This document shows positions 40,136 to 49,698 of a DNA stretch of 64,000 bases, piece by piece. The notes under the pieces were generated by a model. That model was not told where the DNA came from. It searched no databases and saw only the letters and a program-made list of their open reading frames with translations. The stretch is from positions 16,664 to 80,663 of the forward strand of contig CAMWUL010000004.1 in NCBI GenBank assembly GCA_947177445.1, in the 5' to 3' direction. Within the stretch, counting starts at the first letter, position 1, and the number at the start of each line of letters is the position of its first letter. The translations under genes were made by a program, and so were the position numbers. Source of the stretch: an uncultured Lachnospiraceae bacterium. GTDB lineage: Bacteria; Bacillota; Clostridia; Lachnospirales; Lachnospiraceae.

Positions 40136-40684
40136 ATGGAGCAATTTATGAAAGATTTGTTATATTTACATGTTCCGGCTTATGAAGAGCTTTGGTATCG
40201 TCAGAAAATCATGCAGGATCCTGATACCATGAGCTACAACAAGGGCTATGATTTGCATTTCAGCGGTTATGACAAATTAACGGGATGCATTGCTTTTCCT
40301 GAAGAGGAACGGGCCGGCTGGTATTCTCATTTCATCGAACAGGAACCCGCGCGGTTTTATGCTTACATTGTCCGGGAGTCTGACGGCCAATTCATCGGCG
40401 AGGTCAATGCTCATAAAAGCGAAAATGACAGCTGGTACGAAATGGGTATCGTTTTGGAAGCGAAATATCGCGGAAAAGGCTATTCGTCAGCTGCTCTGAG
40501 GCTGTTACTGCAGCATGTTTTTGAAAAAATGAATGGGGAAGCTGTCCATAATAGCTTTGAAGAAAAAAGGATCGCCGCAGTACACGCACATTTGTCTGCG
40601 GGCTTTACAAAATATCGGCAGACAAATGGAATCCTTGAATTATTAATTACCAGAGAACAGTACCTTCGGAAAGCTTGCACATAG
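40136..40684 (+). CDS. GNAT N-acetyltransferase (RimL-like)
   Basis: Acetyl-CoA motif YRGKGYS; H...GF. Confidence 0.85.
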   Translation: MEQFMKDLLYLHVPAYEELWYRQKIMQDPDTMSYNKGYDLHFSGYDKLTGCIAFPEEERAGWYSHFIEQEPARFYAYIVRESDGQFIGEVNAHKSENDSWYEMGIVLEAKYRGKGYSSAALRLLLQHVFEKMNGEAVHNSFEEKRIAAVHAHLSAGFTKYRQTNGILELLITREQYLRKACT

Positions 40685-40721
40685 CATCATGTAATCCAAA
40701 AGATAAGGCGGAACACAGAAT

Positions 40722-41435
40722 ATGCTCAGAGAAAAGGGAAAAAGATTGCTCTACCACAACGGAAACTATATTGTTTTTGACCTGGAAACCACAGGCTTAA
40801 GTCCTGCCACCGATAAAATTATTGAAATTTCCGCCATACGGGTCCGGCAGAATCAAGCGGCAGATGAGTTTTCCACTCTTGTGAACCCCCACATTCCCAT
40901 CCCATATGCCGCCACACAGGTTAACGGCATTACGGACAGCATGGTCGCCTCTGCGCCGGATCTGCGCCAGGCTCTTGACGATTTTCTGGCTTTTGTGGGC
41001 AATGATATTCTTGTGGGCCATAATATCCACACATTTGACACCAACTTCCTCTATGACGGAGCGGTTCGTGAGCTGGGCAGAAAGGTGACAAACGACTATG
41101 TAGACACCTTGTATCTGGCCAGAAACTGCCTTCCGGCGCTGCGCCATCACCGCCTTACGGACCTGGCAGAGCATTTCTCCATCTCCACCGAAGGCGCCCA
41201 CCGGGCCCTGAAGGACTGCCATATGAATTATCAATGTTATCTGGAGCTGGGAAAGCTTTGGAAGGAAAAAGAGCGGCTGCGCCTGGAAAAAGGAAGTCAG
41301 CTGTCCGATGACGATGCCGCCATGGAGGAATCCTGTCCCCGGTGCGGTTCCCCTCTGGCAAGGCGAAAAGGACGATACGGATCCTTTTGGGGCTGTACCA
41401 ATTATCCCATGTGCCGGTATACGAAAAATATCTGA
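40722..41435 (+). CDS. DnaQ-like DEDDh 3'-5' exonuclease with C-terminal topoisomerase-type C4 zinc ribbon
   Basis: VFDLETTG, VGHNIHTFD, HRALKD; CPRCG...GRYGSFWGCTNYPMC. Confidence 0.9.
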   Translation: MLREKGKRLLYHNGNYIVFDLETTGLSPATDKIIEISAIRVRQNQAADEFSTLVNPHIPIPYAATQVNGITDSMVASAPDLRQALDDFLAFVGNDILVGHNIHTFDTNFLYDGAVRELGRKVTNDYVDTLYLARNCLPALRHHRLTDLAEHFSISTEGAHRALKDCHMNYQCYLELGKLWKEKERLRLEKGSQLSDDDAAMEESCPRCGSPLARRKGRYGSFWGCTNYPMCRYTKNI

Positions 41436-41471
41436 AAACAGCCCTGCATAAGCAGGCGCAAAGGATTGTTT

Positions 41472-43208
41472 ATGGAAATAAATAAAAAAACGATACGAAA
41501 CGCTTTTGTTTTTCTGCTGATTTCTCTTTTTCTGATATCGGGCTGCGGCGCAGATACCTCCGCCGCCCATACAGATTCCCCCGAAGATGCTGCCGGGGCT
41601 ATTTTGTTATCCGCATTTGCAGAAAATACCTTTTCCGTAAGCGCCGGCTCCAAAAACCCGGGAGCCAAAGAACCTGTCTCCAAGGATCCTGCTGACGATG
41701 CTCCCGCCTCCAACGACTCTGCTTCCAAGGATCCTGCCTCCGAAGGCGCTTCCCATGAGTATCCCCCTGCAAAAGCACCTGCTCAAAGCCCTGAACCCTC
41801 CGCTTCGCCTGTACCGTCCTCTCCGACGCCCTCCAGCGAAGCCGGGCCATATGCCGCCTATCCTTCTATTTCAGGGGCACTGCAGGTCGGCGGAACCCAG
41901 CTGACGGATAAAGACGGTCATGCCGTCCAGCTGAAAGGGATCAGCACTCACGGCCTGTCATGGTTCCCCGAATATGTCAATAAAGAATGCTTCCGCCAGC
42001 TTCGGGAAGAATGGAATGTAAATGTAATCCGTCTGGCTATGTACACCGCGGAATACGGCGGCTACTGCAGCGGCGGAGACCAGGAAGCCCTGAAGGAGCT
42101 GATTCGAAACGGCGTGGAATACGCCTCAGAACTGGACATGTATGTTATCCTGGACTGGCACATTCTCTCCGACGGCAATCCCAACACCTACCTGGATCAG
42201 GCCAGGGATTTTTTTCAGGAAATGTCGCAGGACTACGCCTCCCGGGACAATGTATTGTATGAAATCTGCAACGAACCCAACGGCAGCACCTCCTGGAGCG
42301 ATATCAAGGCTTATGCCGAAGAGATTATCCCCGTGATCCGGAACAATGATGAGGACGGAATCATTATTGTAGGAACCCCCAACTGGTCCCAATATGTAGA
42401 CCAGGCGGCGGCTGATCCCATCTCCGGATATAACAATATCATGTATTCCCTGCATTTTTATGCCGCCACCCACAAGGATTCTCTAAGGAAAGCCATGACC
42501 GATGCCATTGACGCAGGGCTTCCGATATTTGTGTCAGAATACGGCATCTGTGACGCCAGCGGAAACGGTTCCATTGATGAAAACCAGGCCCGGAAATGGA
42601 TCGATGTCATGAATCAATACGGGATCAGCTATGTGGCCTGGAATCTGTCAAATAAAAGCGAGACCTCGGCAATTCTGTCCGCCGGCTGTAATAAAACCTC
42701 CGGTTTCACGGAGGATGACCTCAGCTCCTCCGGCAAATGGCTGTTTGACATGCTCACCGGTGAAGGCTCCCCGGACGCCTCTTCCCCTGCGCAGACCGGC
42801 AATGCCCCCGGACAGACTCCTGCCCCTTCCCCTCCGCAGACCGACCCTGCTCCCGGGCAAACGGACCATGCTCCTGAACAAACTCCTGCCCCTGTGCAAG
42901 CCGACAGTGCCTGCCCGGTCACCTTTTCCGCAAAGCTCATCAACAGCTGGGAATCTGAGGGTCTGTCCTATTATCAGTATGAGCTCACTCTGCAGAATAC
43001 CTCCGGTACGAACTGCAGTAACTGGGCGGTGGATGTCCCCTTCAGCGAAGCCTTCACGCTCTCCGACTGCTGGAACGGAGAATACACAGTCTCCGGACAG
43101 ACTCTGCATATTACCAACAAGGATTATAACGGCAGCATCCCCTCCGGCGGCTCCGTGAATAATATCGGCTTTATCATAAGCGGCGGCAAAGCGCTGGCCA
43201 TCAGCTAA
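41472..43208 (+). CDS. GH5 endoglucanase lipoprotein with C-terminal CBM2-like domain
   Basis: Lipobox ISGC, LKGISTHG, ILDWH, ICNEP (acid/base), FVSEYG (nucleophile), P/A/S linkers, Trp-containing 'NSW...W.V...WNG...YNG.IP.GG' domain. Confidence 0.92.
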   Translation: MEINKKTIRNAFVFLLISLFLISGCGADTSAAHTDSPEDAAGAILLSAFAENTFSVSAGSKNPGAKEPVSKDPADDAPASNDSASKDPASEGASHEYPPAKAPAQSPEPSASPVPSSPTPSSEAGPYAAYPSISGALQVGGTQLTDKDGHAVQLKGISTHGLSWFPEYVNKECFRQLREEWNVNVIRLAMYTAEYGGYCSGGDQEALKELIRNGVEYASELDMYVILDWHILSDGNPNTYLDQARDFFQEMSQDYASRDNVLYEICNEPNGSTSWSDIKAYAEEIIPVIRNNDEDGIIIVGTPNWSQYVDQAAADPISGYNNIMYSLHFYAATHKDSLRKAMTDAIDAGLPIFVSEYGICDASGNGSIDENQARKWIDVMNQYGISYVAWNLSNKSETSAILSAGCNKTSGFTEDDLSSSGKWLFDMLTGEGSPDASSPAQTGNAPGQTPAPSPPQTDPAPGQTDHAPEQTPAPVQADSACPVTFSAKLINSWESEGLSYYQYELTLQNTSGTNCSNWAVDVPFSEAFTLSDCWNGEYTVSGQTLHITNKDYNGSIPSGGSVNNIGFIISGGKALAIS

Positions 43209-43248
43209 TAGGCCGGGTCAATGCTCTGCCGCCCCAGGATCGGCACCT

Positions 43249-44160
43249 CTATTTCAGCTTTATCACATTAGGCGCGGTGGCATAATAGTGAATCTTTGCT
43301 CCCAGAGAATCCATCAGCTCCTTTTTTTCTTTTGCGTTCAACCGCTCATCCTGCATCATACCCTCCGGAATGTCAAAAAACGCTTCTCTGGGACTGATTT
43401 TCTGATACACCCTTTCGTCCATTCCGCCGTTTCCGTGATGCCCCATCTGTACGTAATCCGACTTTAGCCGCTCTCCATATTGGTTCAGAATGTAATCGCT
43501 TTGTCCCACTCCCACATCGGCCAGAAACAGTATGGATTCACGCTCTGTGCTCAGCCGGAAAATCATTCCTCCATCATTGCAGGGATCCTTGACCTCCGCC
43601 ATCTGCTGAGAATCAAAGCTGTGGAAAACCTCCATTTTCAACCCGATCAGGTTCAGGATTTCACCCTCCCGCAAAAACAACATATTTGCCTCACCCTCCG
43701 TAAGCCGGGCAAACTCCTCATAGACCGGGAGATCATCCCATTCCTGAGCTTTGTCCCTGTATATCTCATAGTCCATGGGAACCGTATAGATTTTGTCAAT
43801 CTCCACCTGGCCGGAGGCATAGATCTCATTAAAAGCGCCTATATGATCCGGATGAGGGTGTGTCAGGATCCAGGCATCCACATGGCCGTCGTGCTGCTCA
43901 TTGATTATCGAAAGCAGCTGCCCTGCATCCTCTCTCCATCCGCCGTCGATCACCACCAGATGCCCTTCCCTGTCCGTGATGGTATAGATCATAGCCTGCC
44001 GTCCTGTGACAGAGGCATACTGGGTCACAGTGTATTTACCGTCCTTATGCCTTAAAAACAGAAGACCTGCGACTGCCAGCACTACTGCCAGGATCGCGAT
44101 TCCCGCCGCATATCTTCCGGCTCTGCCGGCCTGCCTTTTTTGTTTCGATACCGTTTTCAT
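43249..44160 (-). CDS. Membrane-anchored MBL-fold hydrolase (ComEC/Rec2-like)
   Basis: VIDGG, THPHPDHIG, FLAD, QMGHHG; N-terminal TM helix; ATG at 44160. Confidence 0.85.
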   Translation of the reverse strand: MKTVSKQKRQAGRAGRYAAGIAILAVVLAVAGLLFLRHKDGKYTVTQYASVTGRQAMIYTITDREGHLVVIDGGWREDAGQLLSIINEQHDGHVDAWILTHPHPDHIGAFNEIYASGQVEIDKIYTVPMDYEIYRDKAQEWDDLPVYEEFARLTEGEANMLFLREGEILNLIGLKMEVFHSFDSQQMAEVKDPCNDGGMIFRLSTERESILFLADVGVGQSDYILNQYGERLKSDYVQMGHHGNGGMDERVYQKISPREAFFDIPEGMMQDERLNAKEKKELMDSLGAKIHYYATAPNVIKLK

Positions 44161-44164
44161 CTCA

Positions 44165-45823
44165 TTACCATACGCTCCTGTTCCGCTCAATTTCCCTGGT
44201 CCGCCGGTCATATTCCTCGTCTCCCTGGTGCAGCGCCGACACAGAAATGATATAACCGAACCGATCCCTTTGAATCTGCACATCCGCAGCGCCTTCTTCT
44301 GTGGATTGCCAGAAGCCCAGTACCTCATCTGCAAAGGTACGGACTCTCTCCCCTTTATACAGGAAAAATCCATCCTCTCCGCGGGTCAGCCCCCAGGACT
44401 CATATTCCGCATTTCTTTCCTCTTCCTCCAGCAGAAGAGAAAAATCGATGATAAAAGCGCCCTTCTCCACACCGAATTCCTCTGCCAGACCAGCCTTGAT
44501 CTGCTCCTCCAGAATCTGCGGATCCTTGGTGGTATCCGCCTTCAGAATATCCAGGATTACATTGTCCGCCCGCTCCCGGGCCTTCTCCCCGGATACAATA
44601 TCACGGCTCAGTGTGGCCCGGACACCCCACCGAAGATTGCTGCTGAAGCAGAAGCTGCTCAGATCCTCCGAAAAAGGAGCCCGGCATCCGGCGGCAAATA
44701 CCACCATGCTGCTGCCAAGCAATAAAACGGAAAGCAGCATCGCCATAACCGACATTTTCTTATACGCCAGCACATTTTTAATCCGCCTTTCCACCTCTGT
44801 CCTGGAAAAGGCGCTGTACAGCAGTGTGGTGCGGTTTCCGGTGATGGCCATTGCCAGCAGACTGGCGGCGTAGCTCTTTCTCACATCGCCCTGATAATAC
44901 TGCAGAACCGCTTCGTCACAGGCTGCCTCCAGATCCGCGGAAAGAAATTTTGACATGATCCACACCAGCGGATTAAACCAGTTGATGCACAAAACCAACA
45001 GCATGGCCGTTTTCATCCAATTATCCCTGCGCTTTATATGCATACACTCATGTGCAAGAACATGACTCAAAAGCTCCTTATTTTGAAAGTCCATCCGGGT
45101 GGGCAGATAAATCCGGGGACTGACCAGTCCGCACACTAAAGGAGATGCAATCTCATCATTGGTAAACACCAGCACATGGCCCATTCCCATGCCGCGTAAA
45201 ATCCCGTTGACAGTCTCATTATGCTCTATCAAAAGCCTGTTTTTCAGCTTCTGAGAATAGCAGAATTTCTGCCAAATCAGCACACCGGCCGCCGCAGCCG
45301 TTCCTCCCAGCCAGATTACAAAAAGCAGAAGACGCCATTCCGGCATACGAAAACCATACTGCATCAGATGTACCCCAGTAGAAGGCTCGCCCCGGCCCTG
45401 AGCAACAGCATCGTGTGCCTCTTCCACAACTGCCATGCTGCTCTCTGCACGTTCTTTGCCATCTTCCGTCTGTGGAACCGTTTCCGACAGAGCCTGGCTA
45501 TGTCCAGGATCCTGGGTTCCCGAAAAAATGCTGTCCTGCTGTACCCCCGTATTTTCCGCATAGGAATCTATATTTCCAAAACCGGGGGAAAAGAACTGCA
45601 GCCAGGAATTTTCGCGCATATCTGCCTCTGGAAGTACGGAAATGGGAGTGCTCAGGGAAAAGGGCACCAGAAAACGAACTATCACCAATGCCCAGAGCAC
45701 GGGAAAAACAAACTTCGGCATCCGTTTTTTCAAAAGAGCCCTTATCACCAGCACGATGCCGATCAAATTGCTTCCATAAATCATCATTAACAGTAACGGC
45801 ATATTCATTCCAAAACGCAGCAT
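44165..45823 (-). CDS. M56 (BlaR1/MecR1-like) metallopeptidase signal transducer
   Basis: LWALVIVRFLVP, AHECMHIKRRD, WFNPLVW, EAACDE, RRIK. Confidence 0.9.
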   Translation of the reverse strand: MLRFGMNMPLLLMMIYGSNLIGIVLVIRALLKKRMPKFVFPVLWALVIVRFLVPFSLSTPISVLPEADMRENSWLQFFSPGFGNIDSYAENTGVQQDSIFSGTQDPGHSQALSETVPQTEDGKERAESSMAVVEEAHDAVAQGRGEPSTGVHLMQYGFRMPEWRLLLFVIWLGGTAAAAGVLIWQKFCYSQKLKNRLLIEHNETVNGILRGMGMGHVLVFTNDEIASPLVCGLVSPRIYLPTRMDFQNKELLSHVLAHECMHIKRRDNWMKTAMLLVLCINWFNPLVWIMSKFLSADLEAACDEAVLQYYQGDVRKSYAASLLAMAITGNRTTLLYSAFSRTEVERRIKNVLAYKKMSVMAMLLSVLLLGSSMVVFAAGCRAPFSEDLSSFCFSSNLRWGVRATLSRDIVSGEKARERADNVILDILKADTTKDPQILEEQIKAGLAEEFGVEKGAFIIDFSLLLEEEERNAEYESWGLTRGEDGFFLYKGERVRTFADEVLGFWQSTEEGAADVQIQRDRFGYIISVSALHQGDEEYDRRTREIERNRSVW

Positions 45824-45824
45824 A

Positions 45825-46178
45825 CTATTTCGCCTCCCTGATCATTTGAGAAAGGCGCTCTGCCTCCTCTTCCGATATTCCCTGATTCTTTAAAAAGGAT
45901 GAAAAAAACAACTCGCTGGAGCCCCCGAACATTTTATCGATCAGCTGCTCCGTCTCGCTCTGAGCCACCTCTTCTTTAGATACCAGCGCATGGCAGAAAA
46001 AACCGGGCTCTTCCCTCTCTATGACGCCCTTTTCAATACACTTTTTAATCACGGTGTAGGTCGTATTTTTATTCCACCCGATGCGTTCCGCCAACACATC
46101 CACAATGTCCCTGGCAGGCTTGCTGCCCTGCTCCCACAGAACCTCCATCACCTTCAGCTCCGAATCAAACAGCTTCAT
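45825..46178 (-). CDS. BlaI/MecI/CopY family repressor
   Basis: ELKVMEVLW...W..NTTYT.I.....KG.I...FGGS. Confidence 0.93.
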   Translation of the reverse strand: MKLFDSELKVMEVLWEQGSKPARDIVDVLAERIGWNKNTTYTVIKKCIEKGVIEREEPGFFCHALVSKEEVAQSETEQLIDKMFGGSSELFFSSFLKNQGISEEEAERLSQMIREAK

Positions 46179-46199
46179 GCAATAAATCAACTCCTTTCC

Positions 46200-46259
46200 A
46201 GACTATCTCAATAGTCTTTCGCACAGGGATAGACTATCACAATAGTCCGCCCCTGTCAA
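46200..46259 (-). promoter_or_regulatory. Promoter with two palindromic BlaI-type operators
   Basis: AGACTAT-N4-ATAGTCT at 46200-46217 and AGACTAT-N4-ATAGTC at 46231-46247; TTGACA(46259-46254)-N17-TAGTCT overlaps operator 2. Confidence 0.8.
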
Positions 46260-46266
46260 CCCCCTT

Positions 46267-47448
46267 TTATCCTTCCAGCATAATCTCTTTCATCGAAATC
46301 CCCTTGATTTTTTCCGTATAGTAATACATTACCGCTTCATAGAATATAGCGAAAGTCACAAGGGAAACAAGCATCACAGGAACATCAAATTCATATACGG
46401 GAACTCCCTCCACATCCCGGAATACCACGTCCACCATCACCCTCAGCAGGCCATATTGATATATTGTTCCCAGCGCAAAGCCTATATAGGAAACCGGGCG
46501 ATAGCCCCCCAGCAGCGCCTGGCTGCATTCCTTTTGGGAATATCCGAATACCTGCATCATGGCAATTGTCCTGGTATTTCCCCGAATTACGGTAGTAATG
46601 GCAAGCAGCAGCGTCACACAGGCCAGAGTAAGCCCGATCAGAAGCATCATGGCACCCATCATCTCACTGGACAGATCCTTCATGCTAAATGACATCTGTG
46701 TCATGGCCGAGAAGCAGAAGGAAGCGAATACAATAAAAAACACAAGGGTTTTCTTTGACCTTAAGGTGCTTCTCTTCAAGTTTTCCACAAAGGAAGCTTC
46801 CGTCTTTTGCGTCCTTTCCCTTTTTTCGCCCCTTACCATTCCTTCTGCTTTTCTGCTTTTTCTTTCCAGAACCTGAAAATTCTCCTTTAAAAGCAGCATC
46901 ACAGGCCGTTTCAGCTTGATGCAGGCGTAACAGACCGCAAGTGCCGAGAATGCAGCCGTGGGCAGTATCACCAAAAGTGCAAAAACCTCCGGATGAAAAC
47001 GAAGCAAAACCTCCGGCAAAAAATGATCCTTATTCTGCAGCGCATAAAACCACGGCATGAGCAGAAAAGCTCCTCCAAAGCCTGCTGCCGCTCCCAGAAA
47101 GACACTGACCCCAAACACCCAGAAATGTATGGCTATTTTCCAGCTGCCGTAACCGATGGCCTTCAAAATTCCCAGCTCCTTTTTATGGGTGTCGATATAA
47201 TGTTTGATATAGAAAAACAGCATGACTACCGAGGTGGCCAAAAGACACCCCCCGGCTACCAGGCAGATCACCCTGACCGTAGCCTCCTGAGCATGATACA
47301 TTATTATTTCCTGCTCCGATGCAAGCTGATCTTCAATTAAATTCATATCAAAATAGTAATTTAAAAACATGGTGCATATCAATACCGCGCAGCCCATGAT
47401 CACGGAAATTCCCGTAAGCTTTGCCGCATCCTTTATTCCCACAACCAT
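46267..47448 (-). CDS. FtsX-like ABC exporter permease
   Basis: KELGILKAIGY and a second copy IAMMQVFGY; about 8 TM segments. Confidence 0.85.
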   Translation of the reverse strand: MVVGIKDAAKLTGISVIMGCAVLICTMFLNYYFDMNLIEDQLASEQEIIMYHAQEATVRVICLVAGGCLLATSVVMLFFYIKHYIDTHKKELGILKAIGYGSWKIAIHFWVFGVSVFLGAAAGFGGAFLLMPWFYALQNKDHFLPEVLLRFHPEVFALLVILPTAAFSALAVCYACIKLKRPVMLLLKENFQVLERKSRKAEGMVRGEKRERTQKTEASFVENLKRSTLRSKKTLVFFIVFASFCFSAMTQMSFSMKDLSSEMMGAMMLLIGLTLACVTLLLAITTVIRGNTRTIAMMQVFGYSQKECSQALLGGYRPVSYIGFALGTIYQYGLLRVMVDVVFRDVEGVPVYEFDVPVMLVSLVTFAIFYEAVMYYYTEKIKGISMKEIMLEG

Positions 47449-47459
47449 ACACACGCCTC

Positions 47460-48152
47460 CTACCAACCAATTTCATATGCTGTTTTTCGTATCTCATTAG
47501 TATGAATATCCGATATTCTTCCGCTGTTCATCCGAATCACTGTCTTTGCCATTTCCGCTATGTTCAGATTGTGTGTCACCATCACAATGGTAAATCCGTA
47601 TTCCTTTTGAAGCCTGACAATATAGTCCAGCACCTGACGTCCTGTCTCCTCATCCAGCGCGCCGGTGGGCTCATCCAGAAACAGAAACCTGGGACGCTTG
47701 GCCAGCGCCCTTGCCACGGAGACCCGCTGCTGTTCCCCACCCGAAAGCTCACTGGGGTACTGGCGCTTCTTTTCTCCCAGCCCCACTGCATCTATGATGT
47801 CTCCATAATTTCTGTTGCCCGCCAGATCGGCGCCCATCTTCACATTCTGATCCACATTCATATTGGGCAGCAGATAATACTGCTGAAAAATAAATCCCAC
47901 ATTCTCCTTCCGAAATTCCGTCAGCTCCCTGTCCGAAAACGCGGTGATATCCGTCTCCCCGTAACAGATCCTTCCGCCTTCCGGGCGCTCCAGACCGGAC
48001 AACACATTCAGCAGGGTAGATTTTCCGGAACCGGACGCCCCTAAAATGACCGTAAAATCCCCCTCCTCCACAGAAAGACTGATTTCCTTCAACACCGGAA
48101 ACCGGTTTTTTCCGGCTCCATAATATTTTGTAATTCCCTCTGCCCGAATCAT
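47460..48152 (-). CDS. ABC ATP-binding protein (LolD/MacB-like)
   Basis: [26 protein letters not shown]. Confidence 0.95.
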   Translation of the reverse strand: MIRAEGITKYYGAGKNRFPVLKEISLSVEEGDFTVILGASGSGKSTLLNVLSGLERPEGGRICYGETDITAFSDRELTEFRKENVGFIFQQYYLLPNMNVDQNVKMGADLAGNRNYGDIIDAVGLGEKKRQYPSELSGGEQQRVSVARALAKRPRFLFLDEPTGALDEETGRQVLDYIVRLQKEYGFTIVMVTHNLNIAEMAKTVIRMNSGRISDIHTNEIRKTAYEIGW

Positions 48153-48724
48153 AAGCCCTCTCCCTTCATATTTTTTAAAATACCCTTGCTGGCCTCTGCC
48201 AGCATCCCTTTAATCTCTTCCCCTGTAAAACGACACATTCCCGTGGCGCACAACGCGGCAATCCCGTGGGAGTAAATCCACATATGACGATACAATCTCT
48301 CCGCCGAAGAGCCCTTCAGGCCATAGCTTTGCTCGATGGATAAAAGAATTTTCTCATAATTGTCATCGATCAACGGCAATACCCCGGAGAGCTCCGGCAT
48401 ATCTTTTTGCTCCTTCATAAATAAAAGCTGAAAAAGCTTCGGTTCCCTGATGGAAAAAAGAATATATTGAGTCCCCACTCCCCTGAAGGGAATATCATCC
48501 GACAAGCCCTCCTCCACATATTCTCCGTATATCTCCTTAGCTCTGCGGATCACAGCCTGCTGTACCTCCTCCATGCCCTGAAACACCGTAAATACCGGTC
48601 TGGCCGAGCTTCCCAGTCTGGCTCCCAGAACTCTGGCCGTCAGGGCGGGAAAGCCTTCCTCCCTGACAATGCCTACGGCGGCCTCTATAATCTCATCCTT
48701 TGTAAACTTTGCCTTGGGCGGCAT
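48149..48724 (-). CDS. TetR/AcrR family regulator
   Basis: MPPKAKFTKDEIIEAA...GF..LTAR.L..RLG.S..P.F; C-terminal W..SHG. Confidence 0.9.
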   Translation of the reverse strand: MPPKAKFTKDEIIEAAVGIVREEGFPALTARVLGARLGSSARPVFTVFQGMEEVQQAVIRRAKEIYGEYVEEGLSDDIPFRGVGTQYILFSIREPKLFQLLFMKEQKDMPELSGVLPLIDDNYEKILLSIEQSYGLKGSSAERLYRHMWIYSHGIAALCATGMCRFTGEEIKGMLAEASKGILKNMKGEGL

Positions 48725-48817
48725 TCTAATCCCTCTCTTTCAAAAACAATTGTTTTAAAACGTTTGTTTTATTATATGCTTTATTTTATTGTAAGTCAAC
48801 ATGAATATGTTATCTTT

Positions 48818-48933
48818 GTTACTTTTCACGGCTTCGCCGTTCAAAGCAACATGATGCCCAGCGCGTGCGGTCTCGGGTTTTTGTGCAAACAGCGCACAAA
48901 AACACCTCGCGTCCCCTACCCGTGAAAAGTAAC
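48818..48933 (+). mobile_element. Family A element, copy 4 (116 bp, one hairpin deleted)
   Basis: Perfect 14-bp TIR GTTACTTTTCACGG/CCGTGAAAAGTAAC; lacks the CAAAATGAGC...GCTCATTTTG hairpin of copies 1 and 2. Confidence 0.82.
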
Positions 48934-49026
48934 CTATCTTGTTCACACCGCACCATTCGCAAAGCGCACCCATTGACTGGTTCAAGCAACACCAATATAA
49001 TGAAGACTGACAGGGAGGGATTTATC

Positions 49027-49698
49027 ATGAACAGCAAAATATTGATTGTAGAGGATGACGCCGTCATTCGAAGGGAATTGAAGCTCCTGCTGGAAAACGC
49101 CATGTACAGGGTTGCGGCGCCGGAGGATTTTGAAGATATTCCTGTTCTGGCAGACCGGGAAGAGCCGGATCTGATCCTGCTGGACGTGAATCTGCCGGGC
49201 TGTTCCGGCTTTGACCTTTGTATGGACATCCGGGAAAAAACGGATACTCCCATCATTTTTCTCACTGGCAGGACAGATTCCATGGATGAGCTGAACGGAA
49301 TGCTGAAGGGAGGCGACGACTATATCAGGAAGCCCTGCCCCGCACCTCTCCTGCTGGCAAGAATTGCTGCGGTGCTGAAGAGAACGGCCCGACAGGAAAG
49401 CGTACCGCCGTGCTTTGTAAAGGACGGTGTCCGGCTGGATATTTCCCGGTGCTGCCTTATCTGGAAGGATGCCCCTATTGATCTGACAAGAACGGAAATG
49501 AAAATTTTCCATCGGCTTTTTCAGACCCCCGGCGAATTTGTCGCCCGGGCAGAGCTGGTGGAGGAGCTGTGGGAAAATCAGATTTTTATTGATGATAATA
49601 CTTTGAGCGTGCATATCACCAGGCTGCGGGAAAAGCTTCGGAGTGCCGGTATTACGGACTTTATTGAGACCAAGAGAGGGCTGGGATATCGGATATGA
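49027..49698 (+). CDS. OmpR-family response regulator (BceR-like)
   Basis: ILIVEDD, LLDVNLP, GGDDYIRKP, FIDDNTL.V.ITRLR.KL. Confidence 0.95.
   Translation: MNSKILIVEDDAVIRRELKLLLENAMYRVAAPEDFEDIPVLADREEPDLILLDVNLPGCSGFDLCMDIREKTDTPIIFLTGRTDSMDELNGMLKGGDDYIRKPCPAPLLLARIAAVLKRTARQESVPPCFVKDGVRLDISRCCLIWKDAPIDLTRTEMKIFHRLFQTPGEFVARAELVEELWENQIFIDDNTLSVHITRLREKLRSAGITDFIETKRGLGYRI

Noticed and set aside
43249-44160. Calling the MBL-fold gene a metallo-beta-lactamase because it follows blaI/blaR-like genes
   Set aside because: Its motifs (D-G-G, HxHxDH, HHG) fit the ComEC/Rec2-like branch, and the sensor lacks a penicillin-binding domain.
48811-48940. Target-site duplication around family A copy 4 (TATCTT on both sides)
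   Set aside because: It is offset by one base relative to the TIRs and not reproduced at other copies, so it is not accepted as a TSD.
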